Assembly: GCF_006345805.1 (NCBI RefSeq)
Contig: NC_043026.1
Span: 9,362,001-9,426,000 of the forward strand
DNA from: Octopus sinensis
Lineage: Eukaryota
DNA length: 64,000 nucleotides
Direction: 5' to 3'
The translations under genes and the position numbers were made by a program. A model generated the notes under the pieces. It worked only from the letters and a program-made list of their open reading frames with translations. It was not told the origin of the DNA and searched no databases. Positions 13,580-27,445 of the stretch are shown here, piece by piece. Every line of letters starts with the position of its first letter. Position 1 is the first letter of the stretch.

Positions 13580-16500
13580 GCCCAATGCTCGCACTTTAAC
13601 CAGAACTCTACACCCCTCATGTTTGGTTTTGAGGTGATGGTCTAATGCCGTTCTCGCCGCCAAAACGTGAGATGCAGATCCCAACCTCAACGCCTCCTCT
13701 AAGTTCTTAGCTAATTGCCCTTCTATTCTAGCCCTGTCTAATCTTAGTTGCTTACTAAACCTAATGGACTAGAATCGAATGGCTCTTTTCAGGGCGAACC
13801 ACCACCGGTTATTAACCACGGCTCCGGTTAACGCCCTCTGTACTAACTCCTTAATCCGACTGTGGTATGCCTCACAAGTCAAAATAGACTTGTAGCCGGG
13901 TCCTATCTTTAGTGTGCTACCTATGTCCAGTCTACACTTGACCATTCTATGGTCAGTATAGGGCACCTGGACGAGCTGTGGACAACTAAAACTAGACTTA
14001 TCTCTAGTTCTTATCACTATCCTGTCTAGATAAGACTTGAAGCTTCCGTCACCACTCATCCAGGTCTACTCTGGGACGTTCAGATGGTCAAGTCTGTAAC
14101 GATCTGCCAGCTGAAACCGCTTAAGCAGATCCACGAGACGTGAGTTCACTTTCCTATAGATCGAGCCAACACTATCAATGTGTACGTCAACGATAGCATT
14201 AAAGTCCCCTAATACTACTAAAGTCTTCGACGTCACGATAAAATTCAGTTTGGAAGCCTCTAGCACAAGGTGCATAGAGTCCGATCAACCTGAAGGCCTT
14301 ACTGCTGTATGTCACATCAAGGACGACCAGCCCACCTTCAGGGTCCACATAGACTGTGCTTGTCTGCAGAGCTAAGCCTTTACGGATCAGTACCACAACT
14401 TCCCCTCGCCCTCCGGTCTGGCCAGGAGACATGATTTTCTCGTAGCCATTCAGGAGAGGCGAGAAGGTTTGTAGACTGTCCAGCTTGGTCTCTGTAGAAA
14501 CCATCACATGCATATCATGTGATCTGAGATCGTCGAGGAAAGACGCCTGCTTCCACTTTGAACTCAGACCACGCACATTAAACAACCAAGGTTAAGAGAC
14601 GCCATTACAAAAAGTAAAAGCTCTACTTAGATTTCTTTGGAGATTTGGGGGCTGACCTCACCACACGTGGATCCGTCCCCTTCTTCTTGTCTCTCTTCAC
14701 ATAGTTTGGCAAGTCCACAATGTTCCTGTCCCTTAATTCTCGGTATAGGGATTCGTCTAACATTGCACATCTGTTCTTCCATTCTTGGAGTAGGGGGTAC
14801 AATATAGTCTTTTTATGCTGTACAATGATGTCATTAGTGTACGTGTCCGTTGTATCATATTCTATTAAAATTAAATTTTGGTTTTCTTCCGGGACAGTAG
14901 GGCAGGGTTTCTTTTTCGTTGTCTGTGGTGTGTTTTTTCTGTTTTGTGTGCGGGATGTGGGTGGGGAAGGTCTACGAGAACGTTTTTTTCCCACTGGTGT
15001 AAATCCACCCTCTGAAACCTCCATGTTATTATCTGAGGGGTGGGTGACAATTTCTTCCGACACAGTGTTTTCTGTTGGTGCCGCATCTTCCAAGGGGGTT
15101 GGGTAATTTTATTTTTGTAGGGACTTGTGCGTGCCGGGGCTGGGTTTTTCTATACTTTGTTTGGAGACTAGCACCTCAACAACGGGGTTGGGAGTTTTTG
15201 TTTGTGGGGGTTGGTGTGTTTGCGGGGGCTGGGTTTTTTGGGGTTATTTGAGGGGCCTGGTGTTTGCGACTTTTTTTTTTCTTCACAATCAGCTCGAATG
15301 TGGCCCTTTTTTCCGCATTGGTAACAGGTTGGCTTACGGCCTTCCACCTGTATCCTAAGGGCCACATTCTCCCCAACGAGCACTCTCTCTGGTAGGACCT
15401 GAATGTCCTCCTATTTCCCTTGTATTAAAACAGAGATGTTCCGCCCTAACCAATTCTGTGGGACGGAACTAGTAGATTGTAGTATGTTTATACGGTCCAT
15501 CCTATTAAACAGCAGGGCAGCCACCACTTCTTTACGGTCTATTGTAGGTGGGACTTTGTTGATTCTTACACGGGATGTTCTTCGTCCCATATAAGTTGGC
15601 AGAAGTACCACTTCTTTGGTCTTCAGGGGACACACGGAATGCCCGCGAGCCACCTCTTCCTCTGAGAATTGGACCTCAACAGAACTGTATGCCTGTCCCC
15701 TCGAGATATACACTATATCCGTCCATATCGGGGCCAGGTATTTTTCTATAGTTTCTTTTACGAAGTGTTTAAACCTTTTCTCTTGTCGGCAGAAGGTTTT
15801 ATACACCACGGCCCTCTTCTCTGTTTCTAACACGGTGGAGGAGCGTGATATCACAACATCACCTCCCTCTTCCTTCATCCTTTTAAAATATCCCTGCAAC
15901 ATGTCTGCAGATATATCAATATTTTTGGTGCCACTGCGGCAACTGCTGAAAATTCTTTCACAGTGTAGGCGCAATTGCCAACATCAACATTGCTCTCTAC
16001 AAGAGCAGATTTTTCATGTATTATTTCAACTGACATGGTTGAAGAGAAATTGGTTTCCCACAAGACTGGGAGACCTTTAGAAAGAATTTTCCTCTCACAG
16101 AGAACAAAAATAAATAATTTTTATATCCGCAGTCCAAAGTTCAAATCCCAACACCGCTGGGATTCGAAATTCATTTTTCACACAACAACGAAATCCCCAA
16201 AAGGGAAACCTATATTTTATTTTTCTCACAGCGACGACAACAGTTCAAATCTCGCCCGTGCTACGGGCGGATGCCACAATAGAGCCTACAATGGCTAAAA
16301 TTTAATTTTTTTTTTTTCCTTCACAACAACAATTTGCTTATCCCAAAAATGGGAAGCCTATAATATTCTTTTCCCTCTTAATAAGGATAACAGTTCAAAT
16401 GCCACCCCCGTGGGAGGTGGGGGCGACAATAAAGCATACAACGGCTTTAACAAGCTCAATATCAACAATATTAATAAATTCAATATTAATGACTTCAATG

Positions 16501-16653
16501 TTTCAATAATTACTTTTTCCCGTCACCGGGAACAAAGCACAAAAATTCACAAAGTTCACGAAAATATTTAACAATAAACGTTCAACAGCAGAAAAATTAT
16601 CCACGTGCGATAACACGTGTGACTCACCGCCAAAAAAACACGTCCGACTTCGA
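13580..16653 (-). mobile_element. Tx1/L1-clade LINE: 5'UTR, ORF1 (zinc knuckle) and ORF2 APE endonuclease; RT missing
   Basis: ORF1 pieces at 15411-15974, 15168-15383 (CYQCGKKGHIRADC, CX2CX4HX4C) and 14623-15093. ORF2 pieces at 14199-14585 (NVRGL, ETK, LYAP), 14066-14275 (LGDFNA) and 13769-14059 (SYLDR, TDH). Frameshifted. Confidence 0.9.
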
Positions 16654-16868
16654 CTACTTACCACACAGCCACTCCTGCGCCTACATATATATATATATAT
16701 ATATATATGATGGGCTTCTTTCAGTTCCCGTCTACCAAATCCACTCACAAGGCTTTGGTCGGCCCGAGGCTATAGTAGAAGACACTTGCCTAAGATGCCA
16801 CGCAGTGGGACTGAACCCGGAACCATGTGGTTGGTAAGCAAGTTACTTACCACATAGCCACTCCTGCA

Positions 16869-16906
<38 letters not shown>

Positions 16907-17476
16907 CATATATATATACGACAGGCTTCTTTTAGTTTCCGTCTACCAAATCCACTCACAAGGCTGTGGTCGGCTTGAGGCTATAGTAGAAGACAGTTGC
17001 CTAAGGTGCCTCGCAGTTGGAACGAACCCGGAACCATGTGGTTGGTAAGCAAGCTACATACCAATGTTATTTCCTGTTTACTCAATTTGAAAACTCTTTG
17101 TATTGTCTTTTATCTCTTGTGTCTGTGTGTGTGTGTGCGCCTAAGTTCATATATGAGTAGTGTCCCTTTAATATCACGCAAAAATTGATAAAAATTTGAG
17201 AATTAAAATTAAATATCTTTTTTCTAATTCATAGAATTTTACTAAACTTTTATCAATACATCCCTTTAACATAGCACATAGCCAGACTCAGCCTCTTGCA
17301 CCTACCATACGATGCCATTCTGAAAATACACAACCACATCATCAAAACTTGAAAACTGTGAGTTAATGGATGACAAATTGAAAATAATGTGAGTAAATAA
17401 ACATCACATTCGACAGAATAACCTGCATGGTAAAGGGTTTCAGTAACCCCTTAGAGATTATGATTTTGCGCAAATA

Positions 17477-18817
17477 TTAGTGGGATTGCTTCTTCCCCTG
17501 ATGAACATGTTTGTGAGAAGCTAAGTTGCCACTTTGAGAGAATGATTTACCACAGATTTCACAGTGAAATGGTGTCTCTCCTGTATGAATACGTTTGTGT
17601 AAAGTCAAATGAATTTTTTGAGAGAATGATTTACCACAGATATCACAAGAATATGGTGTTTCTCCTGTATGAATACGTCTGTGTCCAGTTAAGTTAGAAC
17701 TCATGGTGAATGATTTACCACAGATATCACAGTGGTATGGCTTCTCTCCTGTATGGGAACGTTTGTGAGTAGTTAAGTTGCCACTTTGAGAGAATGATTT
17801 ACCACAGATATCACAGTGAAATGGTGTCTCTCCTGTATGAATACTTTTGTGTAAAGTCAAATACTGTTTTTGAGAGAATGATTTACCACAGATATCACAA
17901 GAATATGGTGTTTCTCCTGTATGAATACGTCTGTGTCCAGTTAAGTTAGAACTCCCGGAGAATGATTTACCACAGATATCACAAGAATATGGTGTCTCTC
18001 CTGTATGAATACGTTTGTGTAAAGTCAAATACTTTTTTTGAGAGAATAATTTACCACAGATATCACAAGAATATGGTGTTTCTCCTGTATGAATACGTCT
18101 GTGTCCAGTTAAGTCAGAACTCCCGGAGAATGATTTACCACAGATATCACAGTGGTATGGCTTCTCTCCTGTATGGAAACGTTTGTGAGTAGTTAAGTTG
18201 CAACTTTGAGAGAATGATTTACCACAGATATCACAATGATATGGTGACTCTCCTGTATGAATACGTTTATGAGTAGTTAGGTTCCTTCTATCAGAGAAAG
18301 ATTTGTTACAGATATTACAGGAATATGGCTTCTCTCCAGTATGAATACGTTCGTGATTAGTTAAAGCACTTCTTTGAGTGAATGATTTACCACAGATTTC
18401 ACAGTGAAATGGCTTCTCTCCTGTATGAAAATGCTGGTGATAATTTAAAACACTTTGGTGAGAGAAACTTGTACCACAGACACTACAATGATATGGCTTC
18501 TCTCCTGTATGAATACGTTTGTGGGTAGTCAAGGTAATTTTTTGAGAGAATGATTTACCACAGATATCACAGTGGTATGGCTTCTCTCCTGTATGGGAAC
18601 GTTTGTGAGCAGTTAAGTTGCAACTTTGAGAGAATGATTTACCACAGATATCACAATAATACGGTGTCTCTCCTGTATGAATACGTTTGTGCTTATTTAA
18701 GTTACCTTTTTTTGAGAAAGACTTTTTACACACATCACAGTCATGTGACAATTTTTGTCTCTCTTTTTTGCTAACTTCTGGTAAAATCTGTTCCTTCACT
18801 TTCTCACTCTTTTCCAT
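17477..18817 (-). CDS. C2H2 ZNF gene D, 446 aa, 15 fingers
   Basis: Intact ORF and close inverted paralog of B (shared helices [27 protein letters not shown]). Acceptor at 19173-19174 on the - strand. Confidence 0.93.
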   Translation of the reverse strand: MEKSEKVKEQILPEVSKKERQKLSHDCDVCKKSFSKKGNLNKHKRIHTGETPYYCDICGKSFSQSCNLTAHKRSHTGEKPYHCDICGKSFSQKITLTTHKRIHTGEKPYHCSVCGTSFSHQSVLNYHQHFHTGEKPFHCEICGKSFTQRSALTNHERIHTGEKPYSCNICNKSFSDRRNLTTHKRIHTGESPYHCDICGKSFSQSCNLTTHKRFHTGEKPYHCDICGKSFSGSSDLTGHRRIHTGETPYSCDICGKLFSQKKYLTLHKRIHTGETPYSCDICGKSFSGSSNLTGHRRIHTGETPYSCDICGKSFSQKQYLTLHKSIHTGETPFHCDICGKSFSQSGNLTTHKRSHTGEKPYHCDICGKSFTMSSNLTGHRRIHTGETPYSCDICGKSFSQKIHLTLHKRIHTGETPFHCEICGKSFSQSGNLASHKHVHQGKKQSH

Positions 18818-19389
18818 TATTTTTCCTTCAACTTCACAATATACCTTCTTTTTTTATTCTTTTTGCTTCTATAGTCTTTTGTTTACAAATATTTCAACTG
18901 TTGTATTTCTGGCCACTGTTACCTTTGTCACAAAACAACTAAATTTATCCACGTTCAATCTGCAAACAGGCTCATCTTGTAGACACTCCAGCCAGTGATG
19001 TCCAGAAGGTTTGCTAATAACACAATTCAGAGTAAATATATCAGAGGAATTCCACCACAGATTCACAGAAACAATCTTATATATCTGTTCAGTAAAATAT
19101 TTTCATTCTGGTCTTTAAAAGATGATAAATAATGAGAATGTATCTTCAGTTATGCCAATGTCATCTGATATTCTGAAATAATAAAGAAACAACAGTGTAA
19201 GATATAGAGGCTACTTAAAAAAATACAGATTCAACATTTCCATAAAGATAAACTCTAGAAACAAACATTTAACTGAGCAACAGAACTTTCTAATTTATTA
19301 ATATTTACATCAGAAAATCTTGTGTGAAGTTAACATATTTCTAAATTCCAGTTACACATTCTTACAGCACAACATTCATATGGGTGTGC

Positions 19390-19430
<41 letters not shown>

Positions 19431-20476
19431 TACAAAATGGAATTAACGCAGGTTTCAACAAGTATTTTTACTTTCTACATATGTTTCGAAAATTCCACTG
19501 ATACTATTCAAAAGAGAATAGTATGTTGAATCTGTATTATATGTAGAAAGTAAAAATACTTGTTTAAACCTGCGTTAACTCCATTTTTTATTCATATTAT
19601 TCAAAATATTCAACGTAAACACAAAGTTTCAACCTTTATAAACAAGGAGTTACAACATCTTTACTTGTGAGATTTTTGCTGCCCTGGTAACTATTTATTT
19701 ATTTTTCCGTGTTAATTGTTAACAAGGTAAAATACACTCATCTATTCTTATATATATATATATATATATATCACGTAAAAAGCACCATCCGATCTTGGCC
19801 GTTTGCCAGCCTCGTCTGGCACGTAAAAAGCACCCACTACACTCACGGAGTGGTTGGCATTAGGAAGGGCATCCAGCTGTAGAAACACTGCCAGATCTGA
19901 CTGGCCTGGTGCAGCCTTCTGGCTTCCCAGGCCCCAGTTGTACCGTCCAACCCATGCTAGCATGGAAAACGGATGCTAAACGATGATGATGATGATGATA
20001 TTGTGAAATTGATGAATAGGGGACTTATAGACCTCTTGTTTAAATGCCTACAAAAAGTACATCAGCTAAGCAAATGGCCTTCCCTAAATGCATTGAAACC
20101 ATTATAACAGAATCACTGTTTCAGGAAATTATCGTCGTTCAAAGACAACAAAATAATAATAATAATTCGTTCGTTTATTGGCCACAAGGGCTAACAAAAA
20201 TCAATTAAAACATAAAGGGACAAAACACAGGACGAAAGTTACAAAGGGTTTTGTCCGTAACTATGAAGAAAACGAATATGAAAAAAAAAAAATTGCGCTA
20301 ACGACCCGGGGGGTGGGGGACTTTCGGAAAATTTACAAGATCCGATTTTTCCGTCATAAGTTAGGGTAAAATGGATTGCGAGGATGATCCGGTTCTTGAC
20401 TGAAGAAGGCTTCCAATGACCCGTCCGTGTTTTTTGTTTCGTCTATTTGGATGTTTTGCGTTCTTGTCCCATTTTG

Positions 20477-20532
<56 letters not shown>

Positions 20533-20628
20533 ATAAAACGGTAAGATAACAAAAGAAAGAAAGAGACCTCAATATTATGTAAATAGAGGAAATTTATCTA
20601 TACAATATGTTACATTACTCGGTAGTCA

Positions 20629-20691
20629 AGATAAAACTCTGAGTTTCAGATGCCGAAGTGGAAATCCACAACACCATCTCTTCGGTTATCT
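20629..20691 (-). ncRNA. Minimal hammerhead ribozyme motif (second PLE repeat copy)
   Basis: Reverse complement of 22250-22312. Confidence 0.7.
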
Positions 20692-22249
20692 GGCTATTTG
20701 AAAACGTTATGAAAAAATACCGTTAAAAATGAAGGGAAATTACTCTGTTATAACTCTGCTTTGCTTGCGTACTTATACATCGCTCGCATTTTTCGTCATA
20801 AAAATTATATAAAAATACATAAAAATATATAAAAATATATAAATTCTTCTTGGGACATAACACAGAAAGCATGTTCTATCCGTTTTCTTTAGGGGACCAA
20901 AAACGTAACAGAAATTTAGTCACATGTGGGCATGATCCGAAAAGCTCTGTCCTTGTATTTAGACATGTGGTAGGGTCTAAGCTGCTTTTCCAGATAAGCC
21001 ATCTCTCCATGTCGCATAAACCGCACCTTCCGCTGCCGTTAGTATAGGGCTTACATCTGGCCAAAATCTTCCATTGTATGTTATAATCGACACCTTTATC
21101 TCTTAAAGACCAAATATGATTGGATAATTGTGTCGCTTTTCTTTTGTTCCAGTGCCTAAAGCTCAAAGTGTGGTTATTGAACCTGGCTTTGAAATTACCC
21201 TCTGTAAGGCCCACGTATTTCTTCGTCGAAACGGTGTCTTTAGTGGTTATAGAGTTTACGGTAGCTTCATATATGATGGTCTTGGACATGCAAGCTCCAT
21301 TTAGCGGGCACAATTCTTTATTCCTGTATGAACAGCTGTTTTCTTCTTGTGGTTTTTGTATGTTATGATTGATTATGTTTTTAAAATTGGTAGTTGAACT
21401 AAAACTAATTTTTAAATTGTGTCTATTGAAGAGTTTCCTATAAGCATGGTTAACTGGAAAATGTCTATCTATCAGTGCTAGGAAATATTTACCTATATTG
21501 AAGGCCACCTCGGGTGAGTAAGGGGGCGTAAACCAGATGACCTTCCTATTTCTATTATTCCTTTTCCTTACTGTTGGGCTAGTGATAGGTGTATATTTTA
21601 TTTTTCGCTAAAACCACTATCTTTAAAGCTTTATTATAAATTGGGGCAACGCTATTGAAGATGTCCTCATTAGATGAGAGGCTAGAAATCCTCTTACTAA
21701 TATTTTTAACTAAATTTTTGAATACTATAGGGGGATGGCATGAACCTACATTAATATAACTTAGTCTATCATTGGGCTTCCTATAAGGCTTATAAATATT
21801 ATTATTAAGATCTAAGGAAACGTCTAAGAAATTGACAACCGTCAGGTTAGTGTCTATAGTTATACTAAGTCCAAAGTGGAAGATTTTGGCCAGATGTAAG
21901 CCCTATACTAACGGCAGCGGAAGGTGCGGTTTATGCGACACAGAGAGATGGCTTATCTGGAAAAGCAGCTTAGACCCTACCACATGTCTAAATACAAGGA
22001 CAGAGCTTTTCGGATCATGCCCACATGTGACTAAATTTCTGTTACGTTTTTGGTCCCCTAAAGAAAACGGATAGAACATGCTTTCTGTGTTATGTCCCAA
22101 GAAGAATTTATATATTTTATATATTTTTTTATATAATTTTTATGACGAAAAATGCGAGCGATGTATAAGTACGCAAGCAAAGCAGAGTTATAACAGAGTA
22201 ATTTCCCTTCATTTTTAACGGTACTTTTTCATAACGTTTTCAAATAGCC

Positions 22250-22312
22250 AGATAACCGAAGAGATGGTGTTGTGGATTTCCACTTCGGCATCTGAAACTC
22301 AGAGTTTTATCT
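22250..22312 (+). ncRNA. Minimal type I hammerhead ribozyme motif in the PLE repeat
   Basis: AGATAA-CCGAAGA-GATG[..]CATC-T-GAAA-CTCAGAG-TT-TTATCT. Stem I is AGATAA/TTATCT, the core has a U4C variant, stem II is GATG/CATC and stem III is very short. Confidence 0.7.
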
Positions 22313-22334
22313 TGACTACCGAGTAATGTAACAT

Positions 22335-22619
<285 letters not shown>

Positions 22620-22984
22620 ATGAAGGGTGAAATTAATTAATTTGGAAAAATTATCAATTACACCAAGTAGTCTTCGGCATGTAAAAGCCTCATTTACTGA
22701 GATCTCCCTTTTTAGTAGAAGAAATAGCTATAACCCTTTGACTGCTATTTCTAAATTCGGTATGTGGTAAGGCAACTCGTTGCTAAACCCTTATTGCTTA
22801 GTATTACTTAAATATATATATATATATATATTTCTGTTTTTTTTTACGGAATCCCACTTTTTGGTTATGGAGGATCCGATTCTGGAAAAAAGTTTTTTGA
22901 AAAATCGCATTTTCAAAATTTCATTTACCACCAGCCTCTTCATTTTTCACTTGAAAAAAAACCAAACATATTTTTGCCCTTAAA

Positions 22985-23715
22985 AACGATGGGAGAAACC
23001 TTTTCGGTAACAAAAAAATAAAATATTGTAAATATTTTCAAAGGAAAAAGTGTGATTTAAGGGAGATTTGGCTGTTGTTTCTAGCACATCCTAAGACAAC
23101 CCTCCTCGTTTCACTTTCCCATCTTTTGAAGTTTTTCTCTTCATAAACACATTTATGATTTTTTTTTCAACCCTATTCTTCGCCCCTGGTTGCTTCTGTT
23201 TACGATTTAAAATATCGGTGAGTCTGAGGCCGTTTCTGGCATTTATCCACAGTGAAAACACAAGAAACGTGGGAAAATGATGGAAAGTGTAGAAGGTAGC
23301 CTCCATAGCTAGAAATAGCAGCCAAATGTCGCACAAATCAAAGGACATCTGAGACACGAAGTATTTAGAAATTAAATAGTTTAATACTTACGGAAATGGT
23401 TTTAAAAAGGATGGTGTTGTTGTTAGAAGTGCGTCAGGTGGTTGAGAAATGTATTATAAATGTGTTTGGGAGTGAATTGAGAGAAATTCCGACTGAAATC
23501 AAGTTTGTTAAAATGAATGAATGGAGGCGGAAATACGCTTAGTGCGCATGCGTATGAAAAACTGGTTTTTCTTCTTTTTTTCTTTTGTTTTTTAAAGATT
23601 TTGGTAGAAAACCAGAAATTTCGGGGAGGGTCAAGTGTCAGTCGATTTCATGGACCCGAGTAGTCAACTGGTATTTATTTTATTGAACCCTAGCAGAAAA
23701 AGGTGAAAGGCAAAG
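22985..23715. promoter_or_regulatory. Cassette copy 2 (between D and E)
   Basis: Near-identical to 5690-6400. GTGAGT at 23218(+), GTAAGT at 23391(-) and NRF1-like site at 23543-23554. Confidence 0.6.
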
Positions 23716-23719
23716 TTTA

Positions 23720-24630
23720 TGGATCTTTTCTGTTTGAACGGCAGTTTTTAACATAATTTCTAGGTAACTAAAAAGTTTTAAACTTCGTATACTGGTAGAA
23801 TGTGTTACATAAAACATCTTTTCCTCTTGGCTTTATTGAGAAAATTGTGTAGTTTGTAAGATATTTCGTCTTTAATTTCTTGCATTTCGGCAATTTTAAC
23901 CAATCACTCACGTCTATTGAGGTAAAAAAATATTCTGTGTCGTATGAATATGTCCCCGTTTAAGAAACAGATTGGGGATCTTTTGTTTGAACGGCAGTTT
24001 TTAACATAATTTCTAGGTAACTAAAAACTTTTAAACTTCGTATACTGGTAGAAGTGTTACATAAAACATCTTTTCCTCTTGGCTTTATTGAGAAAATTGT
24101 GTAGTTTGTAAGATATTTCGTCTTTAATTTCTTGCATTTCGGCAATTTTAACCAATCACTCACGTCTATTGAGGTAAAAAAATATTCTGTGTCGTATGAA
24201 TATGTCCCCCGTTTAAGAAACAGATTGGGGATCTTTTGTTTGAACGGCAGTTTTTAACATAATTTCTAGGTAACTAAAAACTTTTAAACTTCGTATACTG
24301 GTAGAATGTGTTACATAAAACATCTTTTCCTCTTGGCTTTATTGAGAAAATTGTGTAGTTTGTAAGATATTTCGTCTTTAATTTCTTGCATTTCGGCAAT
24401 TTTAACCAATCACTCACGTCTATTGAGGTAAAAAAATATTCTGTGTCGTATGAATATGTCCCCCGTTTAAGAAACAGATTGGGGATCTTTTGTTTGAACG
24501 GCAGTTTTTAACATAATTTCTAGGTAACTAAAAACTTTTAAACTTCGTATACTGGTAGAATGTGTTACATAAAACATCTTTTCCTCTTGGCTTCATTGAG
24601 AAAATTCTAGAGTTTGTAACATGTTTGTAA
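23720..24630. repeat. Tandem repeat, ~253-bp unit x ~3.6, derived from the left part of the GGATCTTTTC MITE
   Basis: The unit start GGATCTTTT(C)TGTTTGAACGGCAG recurs at ~23721, 23976, 24229 and 24483. Confidence 0.9.
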
Positions 24631-24726
24631 GATATTCTCTTCAACGGCCGCTTTTTCTACAGATAGAGAAAATAGGGTTCTACGAAATTGTCATATCTGC
24701 CCCCAATATGAAGAGTATCAGTACCA

Positions 24727-25070
24727 GTGCTCAATACCAAGAAGCCTGAATCCAGTTGCAACCCAGTATCCTGTCCACTTGACCAAAGATGTATGACTAA
24801 ATCTATCGTATATAAGACAGACGTTACTGCAACCCTAAATAATAATACAACTAATAAGAAGGCCTCTATTGGATTACGTGGAGGAGAATTTAAAAATCGC
24901 TCTTCCAATCACATAGGGACAAAAATAAAGTTGACGAACTTCATATGGACCCTGAAAGATAACGAAACATTGCATGTGGTTAAATGGAAAGTAATCGAGA
25001 AATCCCTACCTTATGTGAAGGGATTGCATAATTGTAGACATTGTTCAGCTGAAAGGGCACCGATTCTTAT
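24727..25070 (+). mobile_element. Decayed Penelope-like GIY-YIG fragment
   Basis: CPLDQRC..IVYKTDV..IGLRGGEFKNR..LTNFIWTLKD..CRHC aligns to ORF 20876-21508. Confidence 0.8.
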
Positions 25071-25829
25071 TTCTTTATTGCCCACAAGGAGCTAAACATA
25101 GAGGGGACAAACAAGGACAGACAAAGGGATTAAGTTGATTACATCGACCCCAGTGTATAACTGGTACTTAATTTATCCACCCCGAAAGGATGAAAGGCAA
25201 AGTTGACCTTGGCGGAATTTGAACTGAGAACGTAACGGCAGACAAAGTACCGCTAAGCATTTTGCCTGGCGTGCTAACGTTTCTGCCAGCTCGCCGCCTT
25301 AAAGGGCACAGATTCTGTTAAGCTCTACGATCTGTACCCCTCTATTGAACTCCAGGTCAGAAATTTTCAGTGATCGCAAGCATATGTATAAATATATTTT
25401 GAAGAATTGGAAAATTCTGCCTATTCCTGACTCACTTGACATTTTCCCATCCTTATCGTTTAAGGAGGATAGCTCTTTTACCTTTTTACATTTTGGTTTC
25501 TGTTTTTCAATTTCCATTGTTTACTGCCTGCATTTTCTGTATGCTCCCTCCACAGATTTTCCCGTTTCTTCTCTTATTCAATTCCTTTAGTTTGTTATGA
25601 TACATGGTTTATGCCTGAAGAATATGTTTCAGTTTTCTAAAGCATATGGAGCTGTTAGTAGCGCTTCAATACATGTATTGTGACCTTTAAATATTAAATA
25701 TATATCTACATTGATACAGAGAGAAAGAGATAACTCTAGGTTCAGTCCCACTGTATTCCACCTTAGGCAAGTATTTTCTTGTGAATGCATTTGAAGGTAG
25801 CCAATATACATTTGTGGTGTGTGTGTCTG

Positions 25830-25885
<56 letters not shown>

Positions 25886-26673
25886 CTAGCAGTATCGCTC
25901 GGCGTTGCTCGAGTTTCTAAGGGAAATAACTATATAAGCAGTTTTAGAGAGTTACTTCCCTTATATAATAGCAAAAAAAATGCGTTAAAAATGGGAAAGA
26001 ATGATGGTAAATTTTTTTTTAATCGTAGACTCATCGTAGACGCGCGCTAATACCCAGAAGGGCTCGATATGAATCACGACTATAAGCTACCCGCTTTTGG
26101 TTACACTGCACCGCAAAATGTGGGAGTAGTTAGGAATCTAAATCATAGGAGACAGACACACAACTTCACTTTTATATATAAAGCTAGCAGTATCGCCCGG
26201 CGTTGCTCGGGTTTGTAAGGGAAATAACTATATAAGCATTTTTAGAGAGTTACTTCCCTTATAAACTCGGGCTTTCTTAGCCATTTTTGTTTTGGTGTCT
26301 TCAAGCCATGAAGTCGTTGTTCTAAAAGAACGCTGGTTTCCTTCACAACGCATTACGACGTTGATTTCTTTACACTCCCTTCCCCACAGCTTCACGAGGG
26401 AGGGAAGGGGGAGAAGCAAACAGGTGCAGCTGTGAGCGTGGACGCCAACTCCGCCGCCATCGACACACGATGCATTTTATGCATGAAAATGGAATAAAAA
26501 ATGATGTTAAATTATTTTTAAAATCGTAGACTCATCGTTGACGCGCGCTAATAGTCAGACGGGCTCAATATGAATCACGACTATAAGATACCCGAATTTG
26601 GTTAAACTGCACCGCAAAATGTGGGAGGAGTTAGGAATCTAAATCGAAGGGGACAGACACTCACACAACTACA

Positions 26674-26680
<7 letters not shown>
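25886..26680 (-). mobile_element. Two tandem non-autonomous Helitrons
   Basis: On the - strand each ends in CGAGCAACGCCG(A/G)GCGATACTGCTAG, with CTAG at 25886 and 26184. Same family as 47107-47581. Confidence 0.8.
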
Positions 26681-26742
<62 letters not shown>

Positions 26743-27445
26743 GTGTGTGTTTTCTTCCCCCATCAACACTTGCTGTGTGTTAATGTCCTTGTAACTTAGT
26801 GGTTTGGCAAAAGAGACTGATAGAATAAGTACTAGGCTCAAAAAATAAGTCCTGGGTTGATTTAATTGCCTGAAAAAGTAAAAGAATATATATGCATGTG
26901 TGTGTATATATATATATATATGTATGGTGGCTTCACACAAGATTTTCTGATGTAAATTTTAATAAATTAAAAAGTTCTATTGTTCAGTTAAATGTTTATT
27001 TCTAGAATTTATCTTCATGGAAATGTTGAATCTGTATTTTTTTAAGTAGCCTCTATATCTTACACTGTTGTTTCTTTATTATTTCAGAATATCAGATGAC
27101 ATTGGCATAACTGTAGATACATTCTCATTATTTATCACCTTTTTAAAGACCAAAATGGAAATATTGTACAGAACAGATATATAAGATTGTTTCTATAAAT
27201 CTGTGGCGGAATTCCTCTGATATATTTACTCTGAAATGCGTTATTAGCAAACCTTCTGGACATCACTGGATGGGGTGTCTACAAGATGAGTCTGGTTGCA
27301 AATTAAACTTGGATTATTTTACTAACGAGTTTGGGGTTAAAGGTAACACTTGATTGAAATACAGCAGTCGAAATACTTGCAAACAAAAGACTACAGAAGG
27401 AAAAAGAAGAAAACATATATTTAACGGGATTTTCGAAGAAAAATT

